Below, piece by piece: positions 25,318 through 34,955 of a stretch of DNA of 64,000 nt. Position numbers and translations under genes: made by a program. The notes beneath the pieces are model-generated. The model worked only from the letters and a program-made list of their open reading frames with translations. It searched no databases and was not told the DNA's origin. Within the stretch, counting starts at the first letter, position 1, and each line of letters begins with the position of its first letter. Source of the stretch: Escherichia phage nepoznato; sequence record NC_052658.1; one strand, given 5' to 3'.

Positions 25318-26316
25318 ATGACAAAACAGATTTCGGCTAGTATTATTGCGCATTCCATCACTGAAGACGGAAAAGAGATTGTAACTTTTGAACTGGAATA
25401 TCCACGTATTATTCATTCAGAATTGATGACTCACCGCCTGTTCAGTCGTAATGCTGCTTCTAGCCGTGCTATACCTGTTAAAACACTGATTGAAATGGTG
25501 CGAAATCAGCCTGCTCGTCCTTATCGTTTTGGGGCTAACCAACCTGGTATGCAGGACAAAGGTGTTGACCATGATGCTCTTATTGATGCAGGTTATACTG
25601 CTCAAGAGTGGTGGGATCTTGCCGCGCTTAGTGCAGCACGTTTTGCAGAAGAATTCTCTTTGGCAGGGTACCACAAACAAGTTGCAAACCGTCTTCTGGA
25701 ACCTTTCCAACGAATTAAAACAGTTCTGACAGCAACAGAATATGAAAATTTCTGGTGGCTACGTGATGACAAAGAAGCCGATCCTACTATCGAAGCTTTG
25801 GCTAAAGAGATGCACAAAGAGTATGAAGGATCTACACCAGAAGTGCTGAAACCAGGGCAATGGCACACACCTTATGTAGACCATTTCTATGATAGTATTG
25901 GCACAGAAGGTGACGATCATTTTGTTTTTGGTGGATACTACGTTCAAGATGAATCTGGAGAAGTTGTTGTGCTTACTTTGGAAGAAGCCAAAGCTATTTC
26001 AGCTTCGTGTTGTGCACAGGTTAGCTATCGTCGTTTAAATGCAACTAAAGATAAAGCTTTAGATATCTATGGTCGTTTGCTGACTGGGCGTAAGGTTCAT
26101 GCTTCTCCGTTTGAACATCAAGCTACTCCAATGCAAGAAACATGCGAACAATATGGAGAGAACTGTTTTGAAGATTTGTTTATCAATGCTCCTTGGGATT
26201 TTAACTCTTGGGAACCAGGTATTACCCATGTAGATCGTAATGGTAAGTTTTGGTCTGGCAATTTCAAAGGCTGGATTCAACATCGTCAACTTTTAACAAA
26301 TCATACTAAATGGTGA
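25318..26316 (+). CDS. ThyX-like protein (flavin-dependent thymidylate synthase family)
   Basis: 332 aa; ELMTHRLFSRNAASSRAIP resembles the ThyX RHRx7S motif but first Arg is Thr and the protein is longer than typical ThyX. Confidence 0.45.
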   Translation: MTKQISASIIAHSITEDGKEIVTFELEYPRIIHSELMTHRLFSRNAASSRAIPVKTLIEMVRNQPARPYRFGANQPGMQDKGVDHDALIDAGYTAQEWWDLAALSAARFAEEFSLAGYHKQVANRLLEPFQRIKTVLTATEYENFWWLRDDKEADPTIEALAKEMHKEYEGSTPEVLKPGQWHTPYVDHFYDSIGTEGDDHFVFGGYYVQDESGEVVVLTLEEAKAISASCCAQVSYRRLNATKDKALDIYGRLLTGRKVHASPFEHQATPMQETCEQYGENCFEDLFINAPWDFNSWEPGITHVDRNGKFWSGNFKGWIQHRQLLTNHTKW

Positions 26317-26332
26317 TCTGTTTAAATAGTTA

Positions 26333-26360
26333 TTGACTTTAGTATTAGTTTTAGTATAAT
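26333..26360 (+). promoter_or_regulatory. sigma70-like promoter (TTGACT, 16 bp, TATAAT)
   Basis: aaatagttaTTGACTttagtattagttttagTATAAT, upstream of CDS 26414-26825. Confidence 0.55.
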
Positions 26361-26413
26361 ATAGCACAATACTGGGAGGAGGTGAGTTCTCCCATTCAAA
26401 ATGAAGGAGAAAA

Positions 26414-26825
26414 TATGTCATTAGTAAATACTACAACTTGGGCTACCGTAAGCATGTCTACTGTAATGTCTACCCCTATCTGGAAACTAGAATCAAATAA
26501 ACACAATGGCAATATCCCACACGAGAAACAAAATGCTGTTATTAGAGCGTCGCTTGTAATGCTGGGTATGGCTGAAGATTCACACTATTCTGTTGAGCGT
26601 AATGTGAATATCCGAAGCAATAACGATAAGCGAGTAGTGTTTGCAAATACAACGCTTTTCACTTTCCCTGTTTCACCTAATTGTGGTTTTAAACGAATCT
26701 ACCAAGAAAATGATATTTTTCATTTTGGTGATGAAGAATTTACAGGTTGGGGTGCGTCACATATTAAGATGGATGATTTCGGTAACTCTTATGATCCTGC
26801 GAAAGCAGATGATACTAATCAATGA
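26414..26825 (+). CDS. hypothetical protein
   Basis: Track ORF 26382-26825; start more likely the ATG at 26414 after RBS GGAGAA. Confidence 0.35.
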
Positions 26826-27076
26826 GAGGGACAATGACTGATAATAAATATGAAGGCTGTGAAATCGAAGTCTATTTTGATGAAACTGTTGGTTGTAATG
26901 TAACTGTAATTCTAGACACTTCAAAACGTTTATCTCCTAAAAGACAAGAAGCAGACCGTCGAGCAAAAGCAAAAGGGTTTGATGACATAACTCATTTTGA
27001 AGGTTTTCTATATGCTAATGGACTTTTTAATGAAATGAAGTTCGGTTATGATGTAGATGTTTTGAATATGCATTAA
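26822..27076 (+). CDS. hypothetical protein
   Basis: 84 aa ORF. Confidence 0.35.
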   Translation: MRGTMTDNKYEGCEIEVYFDETVGCNVTVILDTSKRLSPKRQEADRRAKAKGFDDITHFEGFLYANGLFNEMKFGYDVDVLNMH

Positions 27077-27092
27077 TAATAGGGAGGAGAAG

Positions 27093-29333
27093 TTGATTCG
27101 TTTTGTAACTAAATCTAATGGTAAGACAGAGGAGTTTAATCCAGAAAAACTTCGCAAGTGGTCTGAATTTGCAGCAGGTAAACTAAACTGGTCTGAAATT
27201 GAATTAGAAGCTGTGAAGCGGTGTTATGACGGTGTGTCTACACGTGATCTGCATAAAGCAATGATTGCAGCGTGTATTGACAAGAAAACACAAGCTTACA
27301 GTGATATGGCAGGAAGACTTCTTCTGGGTATGATTTACAAACAGGCTCATGGGGGATACCACAGTATCCCTTCACTGAATACCTTTTATCATGATATGGT
27401 AGAACGTGGACATTGGGCTAAAATGGATTATACTGATGAAGAGATCAAAGAAATCGGTAAGATTGTAAAGCATAATAAAAATCTAACTTATGGTTATTCT
27501 GTTTTACGTCAGATGGTAGATAAATATCTTATTCGAGATGCAGTAAACGATGTGGTGCATGAGTCTCCACAGTTTCTTTTCATTGGTATCGCAATGAAGG
27601 TTATGGAGATCCAACCAAAAGAACGCCGTATAGAAGATATTAAAAAACTTTATACTTATGTTAGCGATCTTAAGATTAATCTGCCATCGCCGTATCTGAC
27701 AACTCTACGAACTCCAATCAAAGGAAGTGCGTCTTGTTGTTTATTCCGTGCAGACGATACGGCAGAATCTTTAGCCATTGCTAATTACTTAGCTCATGAG
27801 TATACGTTGAATAACGCAGGTATTGGTGTTAATCTTCAAACTCGTGCCACTGGTCAAGGTGTTAAGAATAATCGTATTATTCATGGTGGTCTTCTTCCGT
27901 ATCTGAAATGGATGGAAGATAGTGTTGGAGCTTCGAAACAAGCAAGCCGTGGAGGTAGTGCTACAGTTACCTTTACCATACTTGAACCAGACTTCGACGA
28001 TCTGATTCGACTGAAGAATCCAACAACACCTATAGATAAACGAGTAGACAAACTGGATTATTCTATTGTTGTTAACCGTTCGTTCTTGCGTCGAGCAGCA
28101 AAAAACGAAGATTGGATGTTAGTTAGTTGTGATGATGCTCCTGAACTTTATGAAGCTTTGTATAAAAGTGAAGAAGAGTTTGATGCAGTTTATGACAAAG
28201 TAAGCCGTCGTCGCATTAAGAAAAAATTTGTTAAGGCTCGTGATCTTCTGACAGAGATTATTGTTCAACGTGCAGAAACAGGACGTATTTACATGTTCTT
28301 TGCTGACAACGTTAACAACCATACACCTTTCTTGGATACGGTGTATCAATCAAACCTGTGTCAAGAGATCTTCTTACCAACTAAAGCTTTCCACAGTATG
28401 CCGGATCTCTTTACTGGTGAGAATACAGAAGATCAAGAATTGGCTTTATGCTTCTTATCTTCTATTGTTGCTGGTCGTGTCTTACCTGAAGAATATGAGG
28501 ATGTTGCATACTACACTGTATTGACAATTGACAACGTTATTGAAACAATGGATTATCCATTTAAACATAACGAAATAACTGCTAAAGCACGTAGATCTAT
28601 TGGTGTAGGCATTACAAACTTAGCGCATTACTTGGCAAGTAATTTTGTAAATTATTCAGATGCTTATGCTAAAAAATTAATGCATGAACTTGCAGAACGT
28701 CATTACTTTTGGTTGGCAAAAGCCTCTCTGCGTCTGGCTAAGGAAAAAGGTAATGCGGAATGGATCGATAAAACCAAATGGCCTCAAGGTTGGCTACCAA
28801 TTGACACTTATGCTAAAACAGTAGATAGTATCGGTAATTTTGATCTTAAAATGGACTGGGAAGGCTTACGTGCTGAAATCATTGAACAAGGTGGTATCCG
28901 TAACAGTGTCTTGGCTGCTATTGCACCTAATGAGTCCAGCAGTTTGGTAAGCAATACTACTAACTCTCTGTACCCTGTTCGTGATACTATTATGTATAAA
29001 CAAAGTCAGAAAGGTAGCGTATTATTTATTGTTCCAGACTACGAAAAACTGAAAATGTTCTACCAATCCGCCTGGGATACTCCGGCTAAAGACCTTGCAG
29101 AAATGTATGGTATCTTTACCAAGTTTACGGACCAAGGAATTTCTTGTGATTCTTGGCTAGATTATTCTAAATTGGTAGGTGGACGTTTATCAGTGAAAGC
29201 CGAGATGCAGTTTATTCTGAATTTTGCTAGATTGGGTGGCAAGTCGTTGTATTATCTTAACAGTAGAACGAAATCAGCAGATTCTTTAGCACAAGAAGAT
29301 TCTGATGGCGGTTGTGAAGCTTGCAAGATGTGA
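27093..29333 (+). CDS. nrdA: ribonucleotide reductase large subunit (class I NrdA-like)
   Basis: 746 aa; TTG start after RBS AGGGAGGAG; N-terminal ATP-cone-like region; NLCQEIFLP motif; C-terminal Cys pair ...GGCEACKM. Confidence 0.8.
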   Translation: MIRFVTKSNGKTEEFNPEKLRKWSEFAAGKLNWSEIELEAVKRCYDGVSTRDLHKAMIAACIDKKTQAYSDMAGRLLLGMIYKQAHGGYHSIPSLNTFYHDMVERGHWAKMDYTDEEIKEIGKIVKHNKNLTYGYSVLRQMVDKYLIRDAVNDVVHESPQFLFIGIAMKVMEIQPKERRIEDIKKLYTYVSDLKINLPSPYLTTLRTPIKGSASCCLFRADDTAESLAIANYLAHEYTLNNAGIGVNLQTRATGQGVKNNRIIHGGLLPYLKWMEDSVGASKQASRGGSATVTFTILEPDFDDLIRLKNPTTPIDKRVDKLDYSIVVNRSFLRRAAKNEDWMLVSCDDAPELYEALYKSEEEFDAVYDKVSRRRIKKKFVKARDLLTEIIVQRAETGRIYMFFADNVNNHTPFLDTVYQSNLCQEIFLPTKAFHSMPDLFTGENTEDQELALCFLSSIVAGRVLPEEYEDVAYYTVLTIDNVIETMDYPFKHNEITAKARRSIGVGITNLAHYLASNFVNYSDAYAKKLMHELAERHYFWLAKASLRLAKEKGNAEWIDKTKWPQGWLPIDTYAKTVDSIGNFDLKMDWEGLRAEIIEQGGIRNSVLAAIAPNESSSLVSNTTNSLYPVRDTIMYKQSQKGSVLFIVPDYEKLKMFYQSAWDTPAKDLAEMYGIFTKFTDQGISCDSWLDYSKLVGGRLSVKAEMQFILNFARLGGKSLYYLNSRTKSADSLAQEDSDGGCEACKM

Positions 29334-29341
29334 TGAAACTA

Positions 29342-29361
29342 GGGGCTTCGGCCCCTTTTTA
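29342..29361 (+). terminator. intrinsic terminator (GGGGC-UUCG-GCCCC)
   Basis: Hairpin followed by TTTTTATT. Confidence 0.6.
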
Positions 29362-29377
29362 TTGAGGAGAATTTTAA

Positions 29378-30463
29378 ATGGCAGCAATTAATTTACACAA
29401 TGAAGTTTACAAGACAGGGAAATATCCAGTATTTTTGGGGGAGCAATTAGGGATCTTTGATTCTGTTAACGTGACTTATCCAGAAATGCACAAACTCTAC
29501 AAACTTCAAAAAGCACAAGATTGGGATGAAAACGAAGTTAACTTGGATCAGACACGTAAAGATTTCGTAGCTTGTTCTAAAAACAACTATGATGTTATGA
29601 TTAAAAACTTATCGTTCCAATGGGAAAATGATTCTCTTGCAAAATCAATCATCACTTTGTTCTCTCCATTCTTGAGTAACAATGAAGCCTGTGCTATGAT
29701 GATGAAGCAGAGTGAAATGGAAGTTCTCCATGCGTTAACGTATTCTGAAATAATCCGTCAATGTACTCCAGATCCAATCGAAGTCATCAATCAGATTATG
29801 ATTAATGATAAAATTTTCAATCGTATGGGTATCATTGCTGATATCATGGGTCAGTTGGAAGAAGCTGGTCATAAGTATGCTCTAGGATTGATTGAAGCTA
29901 ACGATGAACTTCGACTGCTGATTCTTAAAGGGATGGTAGCCCTGATTGGGTTAGAAGGTATCCAGTTTATATCTTCCTTCTCTGCTACTTTTGCTATGGC
30001 AGAACAACAACTGTTTGTTGGAGCTTGTAAACTGATCCAGAAAATTATGCTAGATGAAATCTTGCATGTTAAGATGGATTATGCTGTAATTGATGCATTG
30101 ATGCATGACCCAATTTGGCGTAAAATTTACGAAGACAACATTGAAGAGTTGACTTTGATCCTCGACACTGTTGTTGAACAAGAGGAACAGTGGTGTGACT
30201 ACCTGTTTAGTGAAGGTCGTTTTATTGTAGGTCTTAACGCCGAATTGTCTAAACAGTGGGTTTATTTCAATGCTGCTCCTATTTATCGTCGATTGAAAAT
30301 GAAAGCCAAGTTTAAAGCACCTAAACATAGTCCTTTAGCTTGGATGGAAAAATGGTTGAATCCTGATTTGATTCAGTCAGCAGCCCAAGAGATTCAGTTA
30401 ACTAATTACAAATTGAATTCAGCTAACAAAGATCTCTCTGATGATGAGGAGCTTGACTTCTAA
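29378..30463 (+). CDS. nrdB: ribonucleotide reductase small subunit (NrdB-like)
   Basis: 361 aa immediately after nrdA; size and position fit a class I R2 subunit; iron-ligand motifs not individually verified. Confidence 0.75.
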   Translation: MAAINLHNEVYKTGKYPVFLGEQLGIFDSVNVTYPEMHKLYKLQKAQDWDENEVNLDQTRKDFVACSKNNYDVMIKNLSFQWENDSLAKSIITLFSPFLSNNEACAMMMKQSEMEVLHALTYSEIIRQCTPDPIEVINQIMINDKIFNRMGIIADIMGQLEEAGHKYALGLIEANDELRLLILKGMVALIGLEGIQFISSFSATFAMAEQQLFVGACKLIQKIMLDEILHVKMDYAVIDALMHDPIWRKIYEDNIEELTLILDTVVEQEEQWCDYLFSEGRFIVGLNAELSKQWVYFNAAPIYRRLKMKAKFKAPKHSPLAWMEKWLNPDLIQSAAQEIQLTNYKLNSANKDLSDDEELDF

Positions 30464-30672
30464 TGATTTTGAGATGTGTTGGTATAATCGACACATTCAA
30501 AGACGTTTTTGACAAAGGGGCTTCTTATGAAGCCTCCGAAATGAAGAATGGTTTTTGTGATGTATTCGGTAAACGCCTGAAGAAAAACGGCGATCCTTGG
30601 CTAGGAGTTATGTCTTGTGGTCATATTATTGTAAATGGTGTTGCCAAGTTTGAAATAATTAAGGAGGAATAA
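30463..30672 (+). CDS. hypothetical protein
   Basis: 69 aa ORF with ATGA overlap to nrdB stop. Confidence 0.35.
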   Translation: MILRCVGIIDTFKDVFDKGASYEASEMKNGFCDVFGKRLKKNGDPWLGVMSCGHIIVNGVAKFEIIKEE

Positions 30673-30818
30673 TGGCTGAAAAACTTATTTTTTGTCCTGT
30701 GTGCGGTGGGACTGGACAGATGGAAGTGGAAATTATGGTAACATTTCCTTGCCTGAATTGTCATGGTGAGGGACGAGTAGTAGTCTTTGAAAAAGAAGAG
30801 GTGGAAGATGGAGAATGA
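30672..30818 (+). CDS. small DnaJ-type zinc-finger protein
   Basis: 48 aa (below track cutoff): MAEKLIFCPVCGGTGQ...CLNCHGEG, two CxxCxGxG repeats; RBS AAGGAGG. Confidence 0.35.
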   Translation: MAEKLIFCPVCGGTGQMEVEIMVTFPCLNCHGEGRVVVFEKEEVEDGE

Positions 30819-30961
30819 AAAAGAGTATGTCCGTATTCCACGAGAATTAACAGATCACATTGCAGAAGCAATAGCTTTCGAAGCTAGATGTTGTGGAGGC
30901 ATTGCTTACGATATTTATGAAGCAATTATTAAAGCTGCTCAAGAAGAGGAGGAGATGAAAA

Positions 30962-31288
30962 ATGGGTATTGATATCGAATGGCGTATGTTACAGGGTGCA
31001 CCTTTTAATAAGTGGGAAGAGGCTGTAGGAGAAGATCCTAGAATTGAAGAAGAATTTGATGGAGATTTTAACTGGTTCTTACAAGAAGGTCTTGACTTAA
31101 GTCGCATCTCTCCTTTCTACGATGCGGATGAGTCTTATTGCATATATGGCATTTATTTAGAAGGTGGAGAAGGAAGCGTAGCTGTAGATCTTGAACAACT
31201 AAATGCAAATGCAAAAGAAGCCTATGCAGAGCTACTTGAAAAATATAACATTAAAACGGAGACTATTATTTCTCAACATGTCTGGTAA
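30962..31288 (+). CDS. hypothetical acidic protein
   Basis: 108 aa ORF. Confidence 0.35.
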   Translation: MGIDIEWRMLQGAPFNKWEEAVGEDPRIEEEFDGDFNWFLQEGLDLSRISPFYDADESYCIYGIYLEGGEGSVAVDLEQLNANAKEAYAELLEKYNIKTETIISQHVW

Positions 31289-31297
31289 GGAGAGAAA

Positions 31298-31864
31298 ATG
31301 AAAGTAGAAAAAACAAAAATTGAAGGTGCGGTAATTATCAAACCAGACGTTTATAAAGATGATCGTGGTTTCTTTTTAGAAACATACAATGAACAAAAAT
31401 ACGAAGATATCATTGGTAAACAGACTTTCGTTCAAGATAATATGTCTAAATCAAACTTCGGTGTTTTGCGAGGAATGCACTTTCAAACAAATAATCCGCA
31501 AGGTAAGCTTGTTCGTTGTGTAAGTGGGGAAGTATTGGATTTCGCTGTAGACTTACGTAAAGACAGTCCAACTTACGGTGCTTGGGACGGTGTTGTTCTT
31601 CGTGCACGACACCATACGCAGTTTTGGCTTCCTCCTGGTTTGGCACATGGTTTTATAGTTTTGAGTATGGATGCGATCTTTGAATACAAATGCACAACTC
31701 CATACGACCCTTCTAGTGAACAAAGTTTACGTTGGGATGATCCTGACATAGGGATCGATTGGGGCTTCGATATGATTTTTGACGAAGGTTTTAAACCTAT
31801 CTTATCAACAAAAGATGCAATGGCTAAATCTTTTCAACAGTTACGTAGCGAGGGTGTATGCTAA
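31298..31864 (+). CDS. rmlC: dTDP-4-dehydrorhamnose 3,5-epimerase (RmlC-like cupin)
   Basis: 188 aa; strings shared with E. coli RmlC: DDRGFF, VLRG.HFQ, KLVRCV.GEVLDFAVDLRK.SPTYG, HGF.VLS, WDDPDIGI.W. Confidence 0.75.
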   Translation: MKVEKTKIEGAVIIKPDVYKDDRGFFLETYNEQKYEDIIGKQTFVQDNMSKSNFGVLRGMHFQTNNPQGKLVRCVSGEVLDFAVDLRKDSPTYGAWDGVVLRARHHTQFWLPPGLAHGFIVLSMDAIFEYKCTTPYDPSSEQSLRWDDPDIGIDWGFDMIFDEGFKPILSTKDAMAKSFQQLRSEGVC

Positions 31865-32700
31865 CATATCTGGTATTGGGCGGTAATGGACAACTGGGAC
31901 AAGCTTTACGTAAAGTGGTTCCTTCAAATGTATCTTTAATTTATCCTAAAGAACGTGTAGATATTACAAATTTTGAAGCTGTGCGAAACACTATTGTTGA
32001 AGATTATGTAGATGGTGTTATTAATTGCGCCGCTTATACGGCTGTAGATAAGGCAGAACATGATTTTGCTACTGCTTTGGCTGTTAATGCGTATGGACCT
32101 GCAAATATTGCGGCAGTGTGCAGCAAACTTAAAATTGATTTTGTGCATATTTCTACAGATTATATTTTTAATTATTCTCATCCTATTTTTGAAGATACTA
32201 CACCTAACCCAATAAACAATTATGGGTATACGAAAGAACTTGGTGAAAAAATGGTGCGAGGAGTTAACCCAAATGCATATATTATTCGAACAACCTCGGT
32301 ATATAGAGAATTTGGAAATAACTTTCTAAAAACCATGTTGTCTCGCTATAATGATGGACAACGTGATTTTATTATTGTTGCTGATCAGTTCTCTTGTCCA
32401 ACATATGCTCCAGATTTAGCAGAAGCTATTTTTGAAGTATTAAAAACAGGTTGGTCAAGGTCTGTTAAGACTTACCATTTTGCAGGAAGCCATCTTATTT
32501 CTTGGGCGGAGTTTGCGGAAAAGATCTTGACACAGATGCCAGAACCTGTTAAGATATCGGCGGTATCAGCTTCAACCTATAATGCTCCAGCAGCACGTCC
32601 GGTGAAGTCACAACTAGTAACCAGTCACTATCTTACAAAATCAGATTTAAATAAAGGTATTGAACAGTCTTTAGCAGTATTACTTAATAAGGAGAGGTAA
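31858..32700 (+). CDS. rmlD: dTDP-4-dehydrorhamnose reductase (RmlD-like)
   Basis: 280 aa; GGNGQLG Rossmann motif, AAYTAVDKAE, STDYIF, YGYTKELGEK, NNFLKTML, PTYAPDLAEA, all alignable to E. coli RfbD. Confidence 0.75.
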   Translation: MLTYLVLGGNGQLGQALRKVVPSNVSLIYPKERVDITNFEAVRNTIVEDYVDGVINCAAYTAVDKAEHDFATALAVNAYGPANIAAVCSKLKIDFVHISTDYIFNYSHPIFEDTTPNPINNYGYTKELGEKMVRGVNPNAYIIRTTSVYREFGNNFLKTMLSRYNDGQRDFIIVADQFSCPTYAPDLAEAIFEVLKTGWSRSVKTYHFAGSHLISWAEFAEKILTQMPEPVKISAVSASTYNAPAARPVKSQLVTSHYLTKSDLNKGIEQSLAVLLNKER

Positions 32701-32960
32701 TGGAATTTGTAATTTTTGGTAAACCTAACTGTCAATTTTGCGAAATGTCAAAACAACTATTAACCATGCGCAATAAACAGTTTGAATATTTAAGTCTTGA
32801 TCAAGACTATGATTTAGAATCAATGACTAAAACAGTTGTTGATCTTACCGGAGTTCCTCCACGCACATTTCCACAAATTCTGTCTGAAGTGAACGGGGAG
32901 GTAACATACGTAGGCGGTTTTACCGAACTGCGTGATCTCATGGCTCAAATTGCGGAGTAA
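32700..32960 (+). CDS. glutaredoxin / NrdH-like redoxin
   Basis: 86 aa; MEFVIFGKPNCQFCEM with CxxC active site. Confidence 0.55.
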   Translation: MEFVIFGKPNCQFCEMSKQLLTMRNKQFEYLSLDQDYDLESMTKTVVDLTGVPPRTFPQILSEVNGEVTYVGGFTELRDLMAQIAE

Positions 32961-32965
32961 CAATT

Positions 32966-33115
32966 ATGAAAAGTAAACAGAAACGTAAGATCTTTTCTCG
33001 TGCTTTGGCAAATGAGCTGAAGTCCAACATAAAGAAAACGAAACCAAAACGTGAAACTTCTCCAGAACATCTGTTGTTTAACGAGTTGGATCACGGAGTA
33101 GGAGACGACGAATAG
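32966..33115 (+). CDS. hypothetical small basic protein
   Basis: 49 aa (below track cutoff), MKSKQKRKIFSRALANELKSNIKK...; weak RBS. Confidence 0.25.
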   Translation: MKSKQKRKIFSRALANELKSNIKKTKPKRETSPEHLLFNELDHGVGDDE

Positions 33116-33122
33116 GAAGTAA

Positions 33123-33623
33123 ATGGCTAAAGTAGTAGATGAGTTTGATATGCTACGAGTCGATGAAGGACTGAAGCTTACTGTTTATCAAGACCATCTT
33201 GGTTATTGGACAGTCGGCATAGGACACCTTCTGACTAAAATAAAAGATAAAGCAAAGGCTATTCAAATCTTAGATAATCTTCTTGGTCGTAAGACTAATG
33301 GAGTTATCACAGAAAAAGAAGCCCGTCAAATCTTTGCTGACGATGTTGCAAAAGTGAAGAGAGACATAAAAAACAGTGCTATCTTATCACCAATCTATGA
33401 TAAGGTGAGTGATACTCGTAAATTGGGAATAATTAACATGGTTTTCCAGTTGGGGTTAAAAGGTGCTGAAGGGTTTCAAAATAGCTTGACTTTAATCAGC
33501 AATGCATATTATACTCAAGCAGGTAAAAACATGCGTAAAAGCCGATGGTATAGCCAGACGCCAAACCGTGCTGAACGAGTAATTAAAGTTCTGACTTCTG
33601 GAACTTTAGATGCTTACAACTAA
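33123..33623 (+). CDS. endolysin, T4 lysozyme (gene e)-like
   Basis: 166 aa; [28 protein letters not shown] matches T4 lysozyme [44 protein letters not shown] matches KSRWYNQTPNRAKRVI. Confidence 0.8.
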   Translation: [166 protein letters not shown]

Positions 33624-33627
33624 TAAA

Positions 33628-33645
33628 GGGGCTTCGGCCCCTTCT
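33628..33645 (+). terminator. hairpin GGGGC-UUCG-GCCCC with weak U-tract (partial terminator or processing site)
   Basis: Same hairpin as at 29342 and 47124 but followed by TTCT only. Confidence 0.35.
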
Positions 33646-33660
33646 AAAAGGAGTGCTACT

Positions 33661-34419
33661 ATGGGAAATAAAACCGCAGCTAAAACACAACGGCAGAAAC
33701 TGGCTAATTCAGCAAAGATTGAAAGCCGTTATGCAGCAAAAGCGGTAGGTAATGACGATTACCGTTTAGATGAATTTATGCCTGAAGGGGACCAAAATAA
33801 GATTGTTCAAAGCATGATTTGGAATGATCTGACTGTTGTAAATGCTCCGGCAGGGACTGGTAAAACCTCTGTTGCTTTATGGAAAGCTTTGCAGATGCTT
33901 CGTTCAGGAGACTTCCGTAAACTACTTTTTATCAAGAACCCTACTGAAGTAGGAGATGATCAGATTGGTTTCTTGTCTGGGGATAAAACAGATAAACTAG
34001 CAGCACACTATGAATCTACAAAACGTATTTTCCAGCAATTCATGACAGCCAACAAATTGGAAAACGATATTGGATCAGGTAAGATCGAATTGAATATTCC
34101 TAACTATTTGTTGGGAGCTACCCTGGATAATACAATTGTCATTATTGACGAAGCACAACTTATGTCAACAGAAACACTTAAACTTCTTATTGAACGTGCA
34201 GGTATTAATACGCATGTTATTGTATTAGGCGATGTTCGCCAGACATATGCAATTAAAAAACGTAGCAATGGTCTGCATCAAATTTTGGAACTTTTATATC
34301 CAGAAAATGAAGAAGGTGTTCGTGAGCCAATTGTAGATTTTATTGGATATGTTGAACTGACAACGGACGATAATAAACGTGGACGTTTGTCTAAACTGAT
34401 TACTGAAGTGTTTATTTAA
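33661..34419 (+). CDS. phoH: PhoH-like ATPase
   Basis: Track ORF 33610-34419 trimmed to the ATG at 33661 after RBS AAGGAG; Walker A APAGTGKTS; Walker B-like IVIIDEAQ. Confidence 0.7.
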   Translation: MGNKTAAKTQRQKLANSAKIESRYAAKAVGNDDYRLDEFMPEGDQNKIVQSMIWNDLTVVNAPAGTGKTSVALWKALQMLRSGDFRKLLFIKNPTEVGDDQIGFLSGDKTDKLAAHYESTKRIFQQFMTANKLENDIGSGKIELNIPNYLLGATLDNTIVIIDEAQLMSTETLKLLIERAGINTHVIVLGDVRQTYAIKKRSNGLHQILELLYPENEEGVREPIVDFIGYVELTTDDNKRGRLSKLITEVFI

Positions 34420-34451
34420 TAACGTGGCAGGGAAGCCATTTATAAGGAGGA

Positions 34452-34955
34452 TTGATGGGTGTAGCAACAATAGCTATCGGAAGAAGCGGTATAGATGAGT
34501 GCTATCAAACGGGACTCGTAAAACCTAACGAATTTCGTCAAATTTGTGTAAACCATATTGAAAAAGAGATTGCTCTTACTTTAGAGAATATGACCCTCCG
34601 AGATAAACTGGAAATGTTTAAATGTTGGTGTCTAGGAGAAGATTGGCTTTTAAACCATTTTCAAGAACTTTCTGATAGTAAAGAAAGCTTGTTTGATTGT
34701 ATAATAGGAATAGCTGGCTCCGATCCCAGCCTTCTGCACATAACAGAAGAAGAGGCGAAGTTACTGTTCTTAAGTAATTTGTTTAATAAGAAAGCACTGC
34801 TTGTTCGTGATTGTAGTGATCTTCTTAATAACCCGCTCGCAACGTCTGATCAAATTTTTGTTGACAAAGAGACACTACGTGCGATAGAATACATCTGCAA
34901 ATATGTGAATGGCGGGAAAGCGGTTCTTAAAACATTAACAGAGGAGGAAGAATAG
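34452..34955 (+). CDS. hypothetical protein
   Basis: 167 aa ORF; RBS AGGAGG. Confidence 0.4.
   Translation: MMGVATIAIGRSGIDECYQTGLVKPNEFRQICVNHIEKEIALTLENMTLRDKLEMFKCWCLGEDWLLNHFQELSDSKESLFDCIIGIAGSDPSLLHITEEEAKLLFLSNLFNKKALLVRDCSDLLNNPLATSDQIFVDKETLRAIEYICKYVNGGKAVLKTLTEEEE

Noticed and set aside
25318-26316. Group I intron in the thymidylate synthase or ribonucleotide reductase genes
   Set aside because: The ThyX-like, NrdA and NrdB reading frames are continuous with no internal gap or embedded endonuclease ORF.
30787-30972. 61 aa ORF overlapping the small zinc-finger gene and the next gene
   Set aside because: It overlaps better-supported neighbours in another frame; possible but weaker, so left out of the feature list.
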